This document shows, piece by piece, positions 1 through 12,057 of a stretch of 64,000 bases of DNA. Source of the stretch: Camelus dromedarius (taxonomy: Eukaryota); NCBI RefSeq assembly GCF_036321535.1, contig NC_087436.1, forward strand, positions 25,794,001 to 25,858,000, read 5' to 3'. Numbering within the stretch: the stretch's first letter is position 1; every line of letters begins with the position of its first letter. The notes under the pieces were generated by a model. That model was not told where the DNA came from, searched no databases, and was given only the letters and a program-made list of their open reading frames with translations. A program made the position numbers and the translations under genes.

Positions 1-1734
1 ATAATACAACTCTTAGAAAACTCCCCCGTTGGCACTTTGCTTCTAGACCTGAATGCCACTGATCCAGATGAGGGCGCTAATGGGAAAATTGTCTATTCCT
101 TCAGCAGTCATGTGTCTCCCAAAATTATAGAGACTTTTAAGATTGATTCAGAAAGAGGACATTTGACTCTTTTCAAGCAAGTGGATTATGAAATCACCAA
201 ATCCTATGAGATTGATGTTCAGGCTCAAGATTTGGGTCCGAATTCAATCCCAGCTCATTGCAAAATTATAATTAAGGTTGTGGATGTTAATGACAATAAA
301 CCTGAAATTAACATAAACCTCATGTCTCCTGGAAAAGAAGAAATATCTTATATTTTTGAAGGGGATCCTGTTGACACATTTGTTGCCTTGGTCAGGGTTC
401 AGGACAAGGATTCTGGGCTGAATGGAGAAATAGTTTGTAAGCTTCACGGACATGGTCACTTTAAACTTCAGAAGACTTATGAAAACAATTATTTAATCTT
501 GACGAACGCCACGCTGGATAGAGAAAAGAGATCTGAATACAGTTTGACTGTAATCGCCGAGGACAAGGGGACACCCAGTCTCTCCACAGTAAAACATTTT
601 ACTGTTCAAATCAATGATATAAATGACAATCCACCCCACTTCCAGAGGAGTCGATATGAATTTGCAATCTCGGAGAATAACTCGCCAGGGGCATATATCA
701 CCACTGTTACAGCCACAGATCCTGATCTTGGAGAAAATGGGCAAGTTACATATACCATTTTGGAGAGTTTTATCCTCGGAAGTTCCATAACTACATACGT
801 AACCATCGACCCATCTAATGGAGCCATCTATGCTCTCAGAATCTTTGATCATGAGGAAGTGAGTCAGATCACTTTTGTGGTTGAAGCAAGAGATGGTGGA
901 AGTCCAAAGCAACTTGTAAGCAATACCACAGTTGTGCTCACCATCATCGATGAAAATGACAATGTCCCCGTGGTTATAGGGCCTGCACTGCGCAATAACA
1001 CCGCAGAAATCTCCATCCCCAGAGGGGCTGAAAGCGGCTTTCACATCACAAGAGTAAGGGCAATTGACAGAGACTCTGGTGTGAATGCTGAACTCAGCTG
1101 CTCCATAGTAGCAGGTAATGAGGAGAATATCTTTGTCATTGATCCACGATCATGTGACATCCATACCAACGTAAGCATGGAATCTGTTCCCTACACAGAA
1201 TGGGAGCTCTCAGTTGTCATCCAGGACAAAGGCAATCCTCAGCTGCATACCAAAGTCCTTCTGAAGTGTATCATCTTTGAATATGCAGAGTCAGTGACAA
1301 GTACAGCAATGACCTCAGTAAGCCAGACATCCTTGGATGTCTCCATGATTATAATTATTTCCTTAGGAGCAATTTGTGCAGTGTTGTTGGTTATTATGGT
1401 GCTGTTTGCAACTAGGTGTAACCGAGAAAAGAAAGACACGAGATCCTACAACTGCAGGGTGGCAGAATCAACTTACCAGCACCACCCAAAAAGACCCTCC
1501 AGACAGATTCATAAAGGGGACATCACGTTGGTGCCTACTGTAAATGGCACCCTGCCTATCAGATCTCATCACAGGTCGTCTCCGTCTTCATCTCCTACCT
1601 TAGAAAGAGGGCAAATGGGCAGCCGGCAGAGTCACAACAGTCACCAGTCCCTCAACAGTTTGGTGACAATCTCCTCGAACCACGTGCCAGAGAATTTCTC
1701 GTTAGAACTCACCCACGCCACCCCTGCTGTTGAG
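1..1734 (+). CDS. PCDH18: Protocadherin-18, 3' portion of large coding exon 1 (cadherin repeats, transmembrane helix, start of cytoplasmic tail); 5' end lies upstream of the window
   Basis: Frame 1 is open from base 1 (IIQLLENSPVGTLLLDLNATDPDEG...). It has cadherin Ca2+-binding motifs (DPDEGANG, DYE, DVNDNKP, LDRE, DINDNPP, DENDNVP) and a TM helix IIIISLGAICAVLLVIMVLFA at ~1348-1410. It ends ATPAVE at donor GAG|GTAAGA (1734/1735, phase 0). Sequence recognised as PCDH18. Confidence 0.97.
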
Positions 1735-2517
1735 GTAAGATCATACCCTGCACCTAATCACTGACAAAGTCAGCTGTTAGTGATCAGAAGTTCTGTATGT
1801 GTTAGTTCTTAAACGCTTCCACTGATAAGTAACAATACTAACAATATGCATGTTAAATAGAATGCAACTTACATCATGTAGGTGTAACAAGTATATACAT
1901 CTTAACATAGTGTTTTAAGTTTCTTATAAAGAATTTCCTTGCATGTACTATATATAATATTGAAAAATAAGTGTGACGCTAGCAAAGGTCTACCTAATTA
2001 GAATCCCCTTACTTCCCAGATTGATACTTCAAGCCAGAAATAAAAGGGCTTGCTTGATTCTCATAGTTATGTTCTGCAAGAAAAATTAAAAAACTGAGGT
2101 CTCCATAATCCCATCTCAGTACATGTGTATTTGTTCAACTTTTGAATTTTTTGTGCCTTTAACTACATGTGTTAGAGTGTTGTATTCTACAGCATCCTCC
2201 AGGTATTTTGGTAACTGGTCACTTTAATCTGAACTATAAAACAGAGGAAATCAATCAGTTATTTACAAAGGAATCTTCCTTCTAAAAGAAAAAGCTAGCT
2301 GTATGAGATCATCCAGATCTCTCTGGGATCTATTTCAGCTCTGTTTGGGTGGCTGGCTGCATGGTCTGTCATAGTCCAGTATATGTAAATCTTTGAAACA
2401 GAGATACTATGTTCAGTTAATTAGGATGAAATAGTGAGTGACTGTTTTTCTTTGCATAAAGCTCGTGTGTACTGGGAGGTTGTTTCCAGGAATCAGTACT
2501 GTCTATTTGGTTTCCAG

Positions 2518-2606
2518 CAGGTCTCCCAGCTTCTTTCAATGCTTCACCAGGGACAGTATCAGCCAAGGCCAAGTTTTCGAGGAAACAAATATTCCAGGAG
2601 CTATAG
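2518..2606 (+). CDS. PCDH18: PCDH18 exon 2 ((Q)[29 protein letters not shown])
   Basis: Acceptor tttcCAG|CAG| (2517 or 2520) and donor AG|GTATGA at 2606/2607 (phase 2). In frame with exons 1 and 3. Confidence 0.93.
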
Positions 2607-2696
2607 GTATGAATGACCCTTGTGCTATCTATTAGGTCTCAAATAACATACAACCTGAAGAGTAAAAACTATACTTTGCCTGATTTCTCTTTCTAG

Positions 2697-2860
2697 ATAT
2701 GCCCTTCAAGACATGGACAAATTTAGCTTGAAAGACAGTGGCCGTGGTGACAGTGAAGCAGGGGACAGTGATTATGATTTGGGGCGAGATTCTCCAATAG
2801 ATAGGCTGCTGGGCGAAGGCTTCAGTGACCTGTTTCTTACAGATGGAAGAATTCCAGCAG
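2697..2860 (+). CDS. PCDH18: PCDH18 exon 3, containing delta-protocadherin motif CM1 (KDSGRGDSE)
   Basis: Acceptor tttctctttctAG|A at 2696/2697. Translates [54 protein letters not shown]. Donor CAG|GTAAGA at 2860/2861 (phase 1). Confidence 0.95.
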
Positions 2861-4049
2861 GTAAGAGGGTAGTGATGGATAAATCTTTATTTTGAGATCA
2901 ACTACACCAGTGAAAAGAGCAGTTTCTCCTATGCTTTTATGTCTTCTTTCTCCTTTGCACAAAAGTATCTGTAATATGCACACTCTTAGTGATGGACAAA
3001 AACTGAAACAATTTTAAATGATTTCATTAAAATTCATAGTAAACAGCTGGTAGAGAAAGGGAGTAAGCATGAGAGCTTAAGAGGACAAGGAAGATGTGTG
3101 GAAAGGAGGATAGGAAACCACACCACTTCCCTCCTCTCTCTACCCCATCCCCTACTGCTGTACGACACTCTTGAGCAACTCTATAAAATTACTGGGTGGC
3201 CGTTTTTATTCAGACAGCCTGTTTTGGTGCCTAGTGGTGAACTGGACTATAATCTGGAGGACACATTTCCTGCGATGGTAACCAACTCACATAATCAGAG
3301 ATTAAAATACACTAGGGAATGGTACACTTTAACCACTAAAAATAGGAGAAAGAATGCATCTCTGTAGGTGGTTAAGCATGGAATATTTTTTGCCACCTTT
3401 CATTTTATGTCTCCACTGTAATGAAGGGGAACAGGAGTCCAAGAGGGGAACTTACAAGGACACAGCTAGATGGAGGAAGTCCTATTAAGTTATGAGCCAC
3501 ATTTTCCTTAGAGTCCCTTCTCTCTAATCCTGCAGCAAAAATTCTCTGATCCAGCTGGGTAAATACCGACTGCATCACTCCTAGCAACCCAGTTACTAAA
3601 GACTGTAATAGTAAATCAAGCCTTAGGAACATATAAATGCTCCTTTGGCTACTTAGGTTTCCAGATTCCACTGAATATTGATCAGATGACTGCCACTTGA
3701 TAAACGAGTAAATGAAATGATAAATGAAAGGCAGAGCAAAATTATATTACTTATCTGAGTTCCACTGAACATCTGTTTTCTAAATACAGACAAGTAAGAG
3801 CGTTTAGGAAATAGACACGAGGGAGATTCAGAAAGCCACAGAAATTCAGTCGAAATCAGTAAATAGAAACTCTAGCTCTCATAGACTGAGTCATAGTGGT
3901 GGCAGGAGTATTAGGATTAGTTCCAGCAGTCGCAGGAGTAGTTAGTTACCAACGATGCCCCAGGGCTTACTCTGAGCCCAGGAGGAGCTCTGTATCTGCA
4001 CTGCCCCTCCCAACACTTTGACATAGGAATTAGTGGTGGTGGTAATAAC

Positions 4050-4185
4050 AATAGTGTTCTTATTTTTTATTTTTAGATTTGAAAACTGAAACTTATAAAG
4101 ATTTTTAAAAAATGTCCAAAATCAAGCAATTTGTATGTGGTAGAGGTGGGCTTTGAACCAATCCCTCTACTCCTAGACACTAATC
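4050..4185 (-). mobile_element. MIR SINE fragment (intron 3)
   Basis: Resembles the reverse-complement MIR core (ttagatttgaaaactgaa...gtggtagaggtgggctttgaacc). Confidence 0.6.
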
Positions 4186-6491
4186 TATCTAGAGTAAAGT
4201 AACCAGTTTTTATTTTTTTAAATATGTTGAGTGACGTATTTGTTCTTACATTCTAAAGACTAACTACTGTCTGTGAAACTATTAAGTGCTGCTTACTTGA
4301 TTATGCTATTGCTGTAATAGACACTGCATTTCTGGCAGGATGAATGTACGTGAAGAACCTCTAGTGTAATTAAGGGCATAATTGGTGTAGAGAGCCAGTA
4401 CTTACACAGTCACCCACGGTGTCTTTTTTTTTTTTAATTCATAGACTCCCTAGACCAATTGAAAGAGAAATCCTTGAAAACCTAGTAGAATATATATGGC
4501 CTCAGATAACTTGCTCAAAGAGAACCAGTTTTATTCGTAGCCATGAAATGAAAAAGGTGGCTGAATTTCTATGATCCTATAATATTGCTAGAACTTTTAA
4601 TTTTGAATATTGATCCCTAATTTTGAATAATACAATTTCCCAAATTACATTATTTCATAAAACAGAAAAGTAACATCATGGGTATATCAATATTTCATTA
4701 TATATGTTATTTTTTAAATTGTAGAAAGTTGATTCATTGAAATTTTAATTTATCAGCATAGTTAAAAGGAGAATAACTGCCCCTACTGAGATAACTTTGC
4801 AGTTTCTGGGCCTAAATAATGCCTAAAGTCCTTTTTAATTCTGAAATTCTGTAACTTAATAGCTAATCATGGGCTAATTTTTTTTTTAAAGGTCAAGATT
4901 CCTCTTTCACGCTATCCTATATTTTCAAAGTTACCACCACTAGATATGTTCGTGGTAGGAGAGTTATCTGATGCTTGAATTAAAATAATTAAATTAAAAT
5001 ACATGTTAAAGAATAAAGACATTGGAGAAACAATAGGTAGCTAATGATGAAGTCTAGATAATAGTAGGTCTTGTTTAGTGAGTGACTTTAGACTCCTCCC
5101 AAGTTACATTTGTGTTCAAAGTTACAGGCTCAACCTTTAATTATCATTAATAACACCACCTAATATATAGACAATCCTTTACAAAACAGTTCTTTAGTTA
5201 CACAATCATACTTAATCTGAGTATTCGGTGGGAGAGCTGTTTCGCTAGGGCATGGTATTGTATTACAATACACTGTATTCCAGTATATACACGCCTGCCG
5301 TACCAGCCACCTACCTCTACGTGGGGTTTGGTGGAAATTATTCTGGAGGCACAGAGCACCAGGAAATCACCAATGATCTGTAAAATATCTTAAGCTTTAT
5401 TTAGGTTTGGCTAGTATAGATAGAAATGTGCATAACTCATTATCTACACATAGATAACCATCCCTTAATTATGACCCTTACTCTGATGATACATCACCAT
5501 ATTCTGGTTTATTCTTCATCCTGGCAGCCTCTACTGGCACATTAGGGGGTAAAACTTGTGCTTTGTGAACTTATATTCCCAGAAAATACTCCAAGTAGAA
5601 AAAAAAATGTAAATCCACATCTGAAAGCCATTAACAGATACCAGCACCGTTTTCTAAAGCATGTATATTTTTAGAACTTCAGTGTCTCATTCCAACTGTT
5701 TTTTCTGCATTAGTCTGTGATCAAATATAAATTATGTTATGTAGCTCTGCCGGCCAGCAGGGTCATTTCTGGTCATTCATTCTATTAATTCCCACAGAAG
5801 GATCCTGCATTCTAAGCAGTAAAGTCACTGTGCATTTTTGTCTGTTGGCTCATGTTTGTCAACATACTTTCTTCCTTACTAATTCAGCTTTGAACTACAA
5901 CACTACATAGATGGCCGCCAAATCTCCCTTTCCCTGAAGTATTCGCTATGCCAGGACGTTCATGTGGTACTCCTTCTTGATTAAGCTCATTCTATTTTTT
6001 CTCATTCTGTCATCAGTGATCACTTAATTCAAACAGTCCTCTTTAACTCCATGTCCTTTCCATTCTCACGGCTGGTGTCCTCTTTCTGGCCCTTTGTCCA
6101 TGGCTGGTGTACTGTACCAGCCCACAAACCAATACTCACTCTCCAATCACTTCTCCCTTTGTCAAATCTTTCTTTCATTTAGCTTGAGCTTTTTCAGAAT
6201 ATTTTCCCTTATGTTTTGGGGGTTCAAAAGCAAGAATTGACTTTTGTTGCCCAGCAACACTTGATTCAACTATTTATCTTGGCATTCCAAGGTCAGAGAC
6301 ATCCACTCTTTGCTTAACTGTCAATTTTCCTTTTGAATTTTTTGCAATAGGCAGAGCCTCCTCTCTACCTAATACACCAGTCCTTTGCTCATGCCCTCTT
6401 TCTACCTGAAAAAATCACTTTGTCTGAATCCTATTCATCTCTCAAAGTTGGTTTAAGTTGCTCTTTAATTACTTCAGCCTCCATGTCTACT

Positions 6492-6850
6492 CTATTTTTT
6501 TAATTTTATTTTTATTGAAGTATAGTTGCTATACAGCATTACATAATATCACAGGTGTACAATAGAGTGATTCACAATTTTTTTACAATTATACTCCATT
6601 TATAGTTATTATAAAATTTTGGCTATATTCCCCATGTTATACAGCACATCCTTATAGCTTATTTTATATCTAATAGTTTGCTTCTTACTCCCCTACCCCT
6701 ATCATGCCCCTCCCCGCTTCCCTCTCCCCCCTGGTAACCACTAGTTTGTTCTCTTAATCTCTAAGTCTGCTTTTTTTTGTTATATTCATTCTTTTGCTGT
6801 ATTTTTTTAGATTCCACATATGAGTGATACCATAGAGTATTTGCCTTTTT
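6492..6850 (-). mobile_element. L1 LINE 3' end, antisense, in intron 3
   Basis: T-rich tail then ttattgaagtatagttg...ggtaaccactagtttgttctc...tagattccacatatgagtgataccata, a typical antisense L1 3' UTR. Confidence 0.88.
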
Positions 6851-9372
6851 TCTTCTTTTGACATGCCCTCAGCTTCATATAGTTTGGCATGTTAACTGGG
6901 CATTTATGACCTCCTTTGTTATGCATGACCCAGAATTATACCTGAAACCATCTGAGGGTAGGGAGCTATCATAGCACTTTACATATGGCAGGCTCTTAAT
7001 AAATAATTGATTGATGACTCAGTGATTAATGGCTTGACAGAAGTTAAGCATACATCTTTGTTCTTACATCTGATGCTTGCTTCCTGCCCTACCTAGAACA
7101 TCTAGCAGAGGGCTGAAATTGACAGTCATGCAGTGGGAAGGAAGAGCTGTCTACTTCCCCAAGGCTTTTCCTCCTCAGCAGAAATTCAGCCACCTGACAG
7201 AGCTTTCAAAGAGTGACAAGAAGGCTCCCCACTGCACCACTTGCCAACAAGTCCTGATTCATTGGACATGGTATGGAATATCTGTGGCACTAACTTACAT
7301 GTATGCTGAGAGCACTTTCCAACAGTTGAGTCTCAGGGGAAAAGCTGAAAATATTAATGAAATTGAGAAATTCTTCTGTTCCAGCACACTTCCACTTGTA
7401 TTATTTTGGGCATCCTTCTCTCCATGTGTCTTTATTCATCAATTTTCCATATTTTTTGAATTTTATAATTGTATGTTAATTTATCATTTTATAATTAAAG
7501 CCTTGTTTATTTGTTATGAAGTTATAAAATAGCATTCCTTTTCTAAAACTTCCTCTCACCACATTTATTTTTGAATATAAACTGTCATATTAATCACCCA
7601 GATGGTATTGTTGTTTTCATTATACTCAGTTCTCCAGAAAGTTGATTATACTCAGGATTCTTAGAAGCCTATGTGATTTTTCCCTTTCTCCTGTGTCATT
7701 AAACATTAAAACAAAACGAAGCCAATCAAACAATTAAGTCCTTCCCACAGAGTTAAAGGCCAGAAAACAAATGAAGAGGTATAAACAGGTCTGTTCCCCT
7801 TCCTTCTAACAGGATGTGAGTAAGACAGTGTAGACAGGCTTCCTTTCCATTTTCAGAGACCCAGGGAATTAGGAAAAAAATTCATTACCACTTTGATAGT
7901 TATTTCACTGCTGATAAACCTCATTGCTATTAAGATATTCCAGTTACTTTCACCACCTTTTGCTTTGGTTTTGTCCACATTTAAATGATGAACAACAATG
8001 GTTGGTAAATATTTCCAACTAGTAATAACACATGAAGCCAGCACATGTAAAATATTTTTTTTCTTGCTTGTTTAAATTTAACCTTTCTTCAGAGAAAAAT
8101 TACATAAGGATTCTCAATATTGCTCTTTCCCTTACTCCATAGGGATTTCTTTGGGATTGGCATTCACACTGTCCAACATTCTCCCTAATTTATATTTCTA
8201 GTGTTCCTAGCAATCAGACATCTTCTCTCACAGTTGTTCTCATTTCTGTTTCTCAATGTCCCCTTCTCTATTAAGAGTTGAGGTCCAGGATTCATGAGGT
8301 ATAGGAACAGAATTATCTTGAAGTCTCAAAGGATGGAATTCGCTCTGAATATATAGGTATGGCTGATATCAATCCAGTTTTCATTCAAATCTGAGATAAT
8401 TACCTTGCATTTTCTGTATTGTGTCATTTGCTCTCAAACAAAATCATGATGTTGAAGAGACCTAACTGTCACTGAAAGAAATGGATGCTTTGTGGAGTAT
8501 ATTTTACATCTTCACATTTCTTGGTTGTTATATAGTTTAGTTATTATATTTGCCAAATTTAGAGATCCCACCCCTTCATTTTTCTGCTTTTCTCATATCA
8601 CTGATGGTGTTCTGAGTGTAGCCACTCACATTCCAACAGGTCATCATAACATCTGGAAGAACTAACCAATGGATTTTTCATATTCTTCATCCTTTGATGA
8701 CTTTTCCAACTCTCTGAATCTCAAACCTCTAAAAGACTTCTTAACAGTGTAACTGCACATGCCTGGTAGTTGAGGGTAATTTGCACTGCTATTTTAAGCA
8801 GCAAGTCAATAAATAAACCAGAATATTTTTAAGAGAGATTGATAAGTATAATTACTTGATAGTTTATTATATTCTCAATGCCTCCAGTAAAAGTAAAGTA
8901 GGTCAGACAGATCTCAATATCTAGCAGGTATTCAAAGGTATTATTACTCAAGGCTTATCTGGTGGCATTCTAAAGTTATAGATTTCACCTTACATCTCTG
9001 GGACTGTTTAGAGTTTATGTTTGGCAAATATTTCATCACCCACACCTTTGCTCTTTTGCAGTCTTTCTCATGTGTAAGTTTTCAATCTATTTTCTCATTA
9101 CTTGAGTAGCAGATGATATTCCTGAGAAGTGCATGAGTCATAACCCTCCTTGTCATATTTGATAGACAAGAATAAAACATATACCAGGTCCATAAAACCA
9201 GCAGTCAAATCAAAGCCGTAATCGTAGTCCATCTCGTGTGTAAAATAATCCGTTAGTATCACAGTCATAGTTTAAAATGGTCTTATTCTATTTAAATCAA
9301 ATTGTAATTTTCCTATTATCTTGAGTCACGCTACACCTAATGACCAATCCTCATTGCGTTCCTTGAGTGCAG

Positions 9373-10040
9373 CTATGAGGCTGTGCACGGAAGAATGCAG
9401 GGTCCTGGGACACTCCGACCAGTGCTGGATGCCACCGCTGCCCTCGCCTTCCTCGGATTACAGGAGTAACATGTTCATACCGGGGGAAGAATTCCCATCC
9501 CAGCCCCAGCAGCAAAATCCGCATCAGAGCCTTGAAGATGACGCCCAGCCTGCAGATTCTGGTGAGAAGAAGAAGAGTTTTTCCACTTTTGGGAAGGACT
9601 CCCCAAGCGATGAGGACTCTGGGGACACCAGCACCTCCTCTCTGCTCTCGGAAATGAGCAGTGTGTTCCAGCGCCTCTTGCCCGCCTCCCTGGACACGTA
9701 CTCTGAGTGCAGCGAGGCGGATCGGTCCAACTCTCTGGAACGCAGGAAGGGGCCTCTGCCCACCAAGGCTGTGGGTTACCCGCAGGGGGTGGCGGCCTGG
9801 GCGGCCAGCACGCATTTCCAGAATCCCACCACCAACTCAGGGCCCCCGCTGGGGACTCACTCCAGTGTGCAGCCCTCTGCAAAATGGCTGCCGGCCATGG
9901 AGGAGATCCCTGAAAACTACGAAGAAGATGATTTCGACAACGTGCTCAACCACCTCAATGACGGCAAACACGAACTCATGGATGCCAGTGAGCTAGTGGC
10001 TGAGATTAACAAACTGCTTCAGGATGTCCGCCAGAGCTAG
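9373..10040 (+). CDS. PCDH18: PCDH18 terminal coding exon 4: CM2 (CTEECRVLGHSDQCWMP), WIRS motif FSTFGK (9579-9596), Dab1-binding-type FQNPTT; ends DVRQS*
   Basis: Acceptor tgcAG|CT at 9372/9373 completes the split GCT codon. TAG at 10038-10040. Spliced in-window length 1734+89+164+668=2655 nt is divisible by 3. Confidence 0.96.
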
Positions 10041-11294
10041 GAGACTACAGAAAGGCATGTTTGTTTCTATGTATGTGGAAACGGGGACAGCGGAAGCCCT
10101 GAAAAGAACTGGCGTTGCCAAATAGTTGCATTTATCATAAATGTGTCTGTGTATATTGAATATTAAATACTGTATTTTCGTATGTACACAATGCAAGTGT
10201 GATTATTTTAATCTGTATTTTAAAAATACATTTGTACCTTATATTTATGTGTAATTTAACAGACAAATTTTATTTTTTTACTCCCATGACAAACATGTCT
10301 TTCCTAATCATGTAGAAACTAGCCACTGTTCAAATCTGATATAATATTCAACCACAAAGTATAAAGGCACTGCTTAGATTAGTTATGTTGGGGAAGAAAT
10401 TGTTATGCTGTAGGAACAACCCCACTAAAGCATTATTCAAGTCTTAGTTCCATTAAGTGACCCAGCTTTCTTTTTCTACCTTTTTTTAAAAAATTAAGTA
10501 TTGATAAAAAAATCTAACTATTTTATTATTGTTGTTTTTGTTATTTTTACTGCTCTCTGCTAGTTCTGATAGTTCAACTATTAACGGTAAAATTGAAACA
10601 TGAGGTGAAATTTTATTTCAGGACTGGGAAGTATCTTTCAAAGACGATGTAAAAAATAGAACTAGAATCAGTTTCCTAAATCCCAGGCTCCTACTATTCC
10701 AGAGCATCACAGTGGTCTGTTCTTGAGAACATTTTTCCTAAAGTATTATCATCTATTTATAAACAATGAATTTTATACCATCCTTGTAATATGAGACCTG
10801 CCCCAAGGAAATGGAATCTGTCCTTTAAATGGGTAACAGTGTGTATTTTAACAGCATAAAGTATTAACAGACAAAGAGTTAGGTCAGTATCCCTCCTAGG
10901 GTAGTAAATATAATTGATTTACCCTAAAACTGTTCTATTTGAATCATCCTCTCTCCTCTCACAAAACTTGAATATTTTTATTTTTTGCAACCTTTTTTTT
11001 GCTATAACTATTCACTTTTAGCTTTTGTCTCTAGTGCATGATCTCATATTTTTGCTTTTGTTTTTAGTATAAGAACATTTATAAAATTGCATTTTTGTTA
11101 CTGCAATTCTGTTTTATTTGTTGTGTGACAAACGGCAAATTCTTTATTTATTGTGCTGTTATCTCTCTGTGTGGAATGCCTTGGTAAGGGAGATCGTTAT
11201 GACTGTTCTCATTTATGACCAAGCTTCTATTAATGTTATTTCTGTGAATACACTATCTTGATTGTACTCTCCAGAAAATTTTGCTGTCAGTGAA

Positions 11295-11312
11295 AATAAA
11301 AGGAAAATTAAA
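11295..11312 (+). terminator. Proximal polyadenylation signal pair (AATAAA + ATTAAA)
   Basis: AATAAA at 11295-11300 and ATTAAA at 11307-11312, after a long U-rich UTR stretch with TGTA elements upstream. Confidence 0.7.
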
Positions 11313-12051
11313 GTAAAGCTAAAAACTGTCCATAAATCAGAGTCTGTTCCTACCTATACCTTCAAAAACTTGGCATGAAGCATACCCTTTGTGAGGGGTA
11401 ATCCACTGTTGGCATTTGAATGATAGAGAAGGAGAAAACCACAATGAAAAAGGAATGAATCTGAGACCTGAAATGGGAATGAAAGTAGTCTAACATATTC
11501 CCAGTAAATGAAAGAACTTATATGCATTTGAAGTGTAAAGAAAAAAGAATAATCAAATGGTAACTGCTTGAACATTTTTTCCAATTAAAAAAAAAATGAT
11601 TTCTCAGAACATTTTGCATTAAGTTGTGTCAGAGGAAGAAAAGTGTACCCTTAGAATGTTTCCAAGAGGTGAAAATGTGATCTCCCTTGGTTTACTAGTA
11701 GGGAACGGAAGTACTGGGAAAGTTAAATAACCTTAAAATGGCTGAAACTTAGATAGTTTAATTCTCAAATGAGTACCACATCAAATAGATGTGTTATGTC
11801 TTTTCAAAAGGCACATTTCCCTTTGTAGAAGTGATTGCAATTACAAATGAAATTTCAATTTATTTTTTCCATAGATTACACACATGAAGGCTAACCACAT
11901 TTAAATACATTTTGCTTTTCAACTTCACTTCCTTTCCGTACATATTATCATTAAGAAAAAGATTTGCATAACTTCATTCTGTCTTCATTTAAAGTGCCAA
12001 CAGTAATTTAGGAAGCAAAGCTAGGAATCAATGTTGGAATGATGTGAAGTA

Positions 12052-12057
12052 AATAAA
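12052..12057 (+). terminator. Distal polyadenylation signal AATAAA
   Basis: AATAAA followed by ATTAAA (~12070) and a GT/T-rich downstream stretch (ctgtgttatcttgtcc). Confidence 0.55.

Noticed and set aside
37..39. ORF-track start codon for the 575-aa ORF
   Set aside because: It is an internal TTG (Leu). The frame is open from base 1 and the true start lies upstream of the window.
244..1439. Antisense ORFs over exon 1 (up to 183 aa)
   Set aside because: Shadow ORFs of the PCDH18 coding strand with no recognisable motifs.
5255..5271. Palindrome gtattgta-t-tacaatac in intron 3
   Set aside because: An 8-bp AT-rich stem is within chance expectation.
7077..7532. 151-aa intronic ORF
   Set aside because: Non-ATG start, no domain resemblance, and an AT-rich low-complexity C-terminus; consistent with chance.
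9321..9372. N-terminal extension MSHATPNDQSSLRSLSA of the exon 4 ORF
   Set aside because: Intronic sequence upstream of the acceptor, with a TTG start and no promoter evidence.
9351..9996. Several overlapping or antisense ORFs over exon 4
   Set aside because: Explained by high GC and stop-codon depletion.
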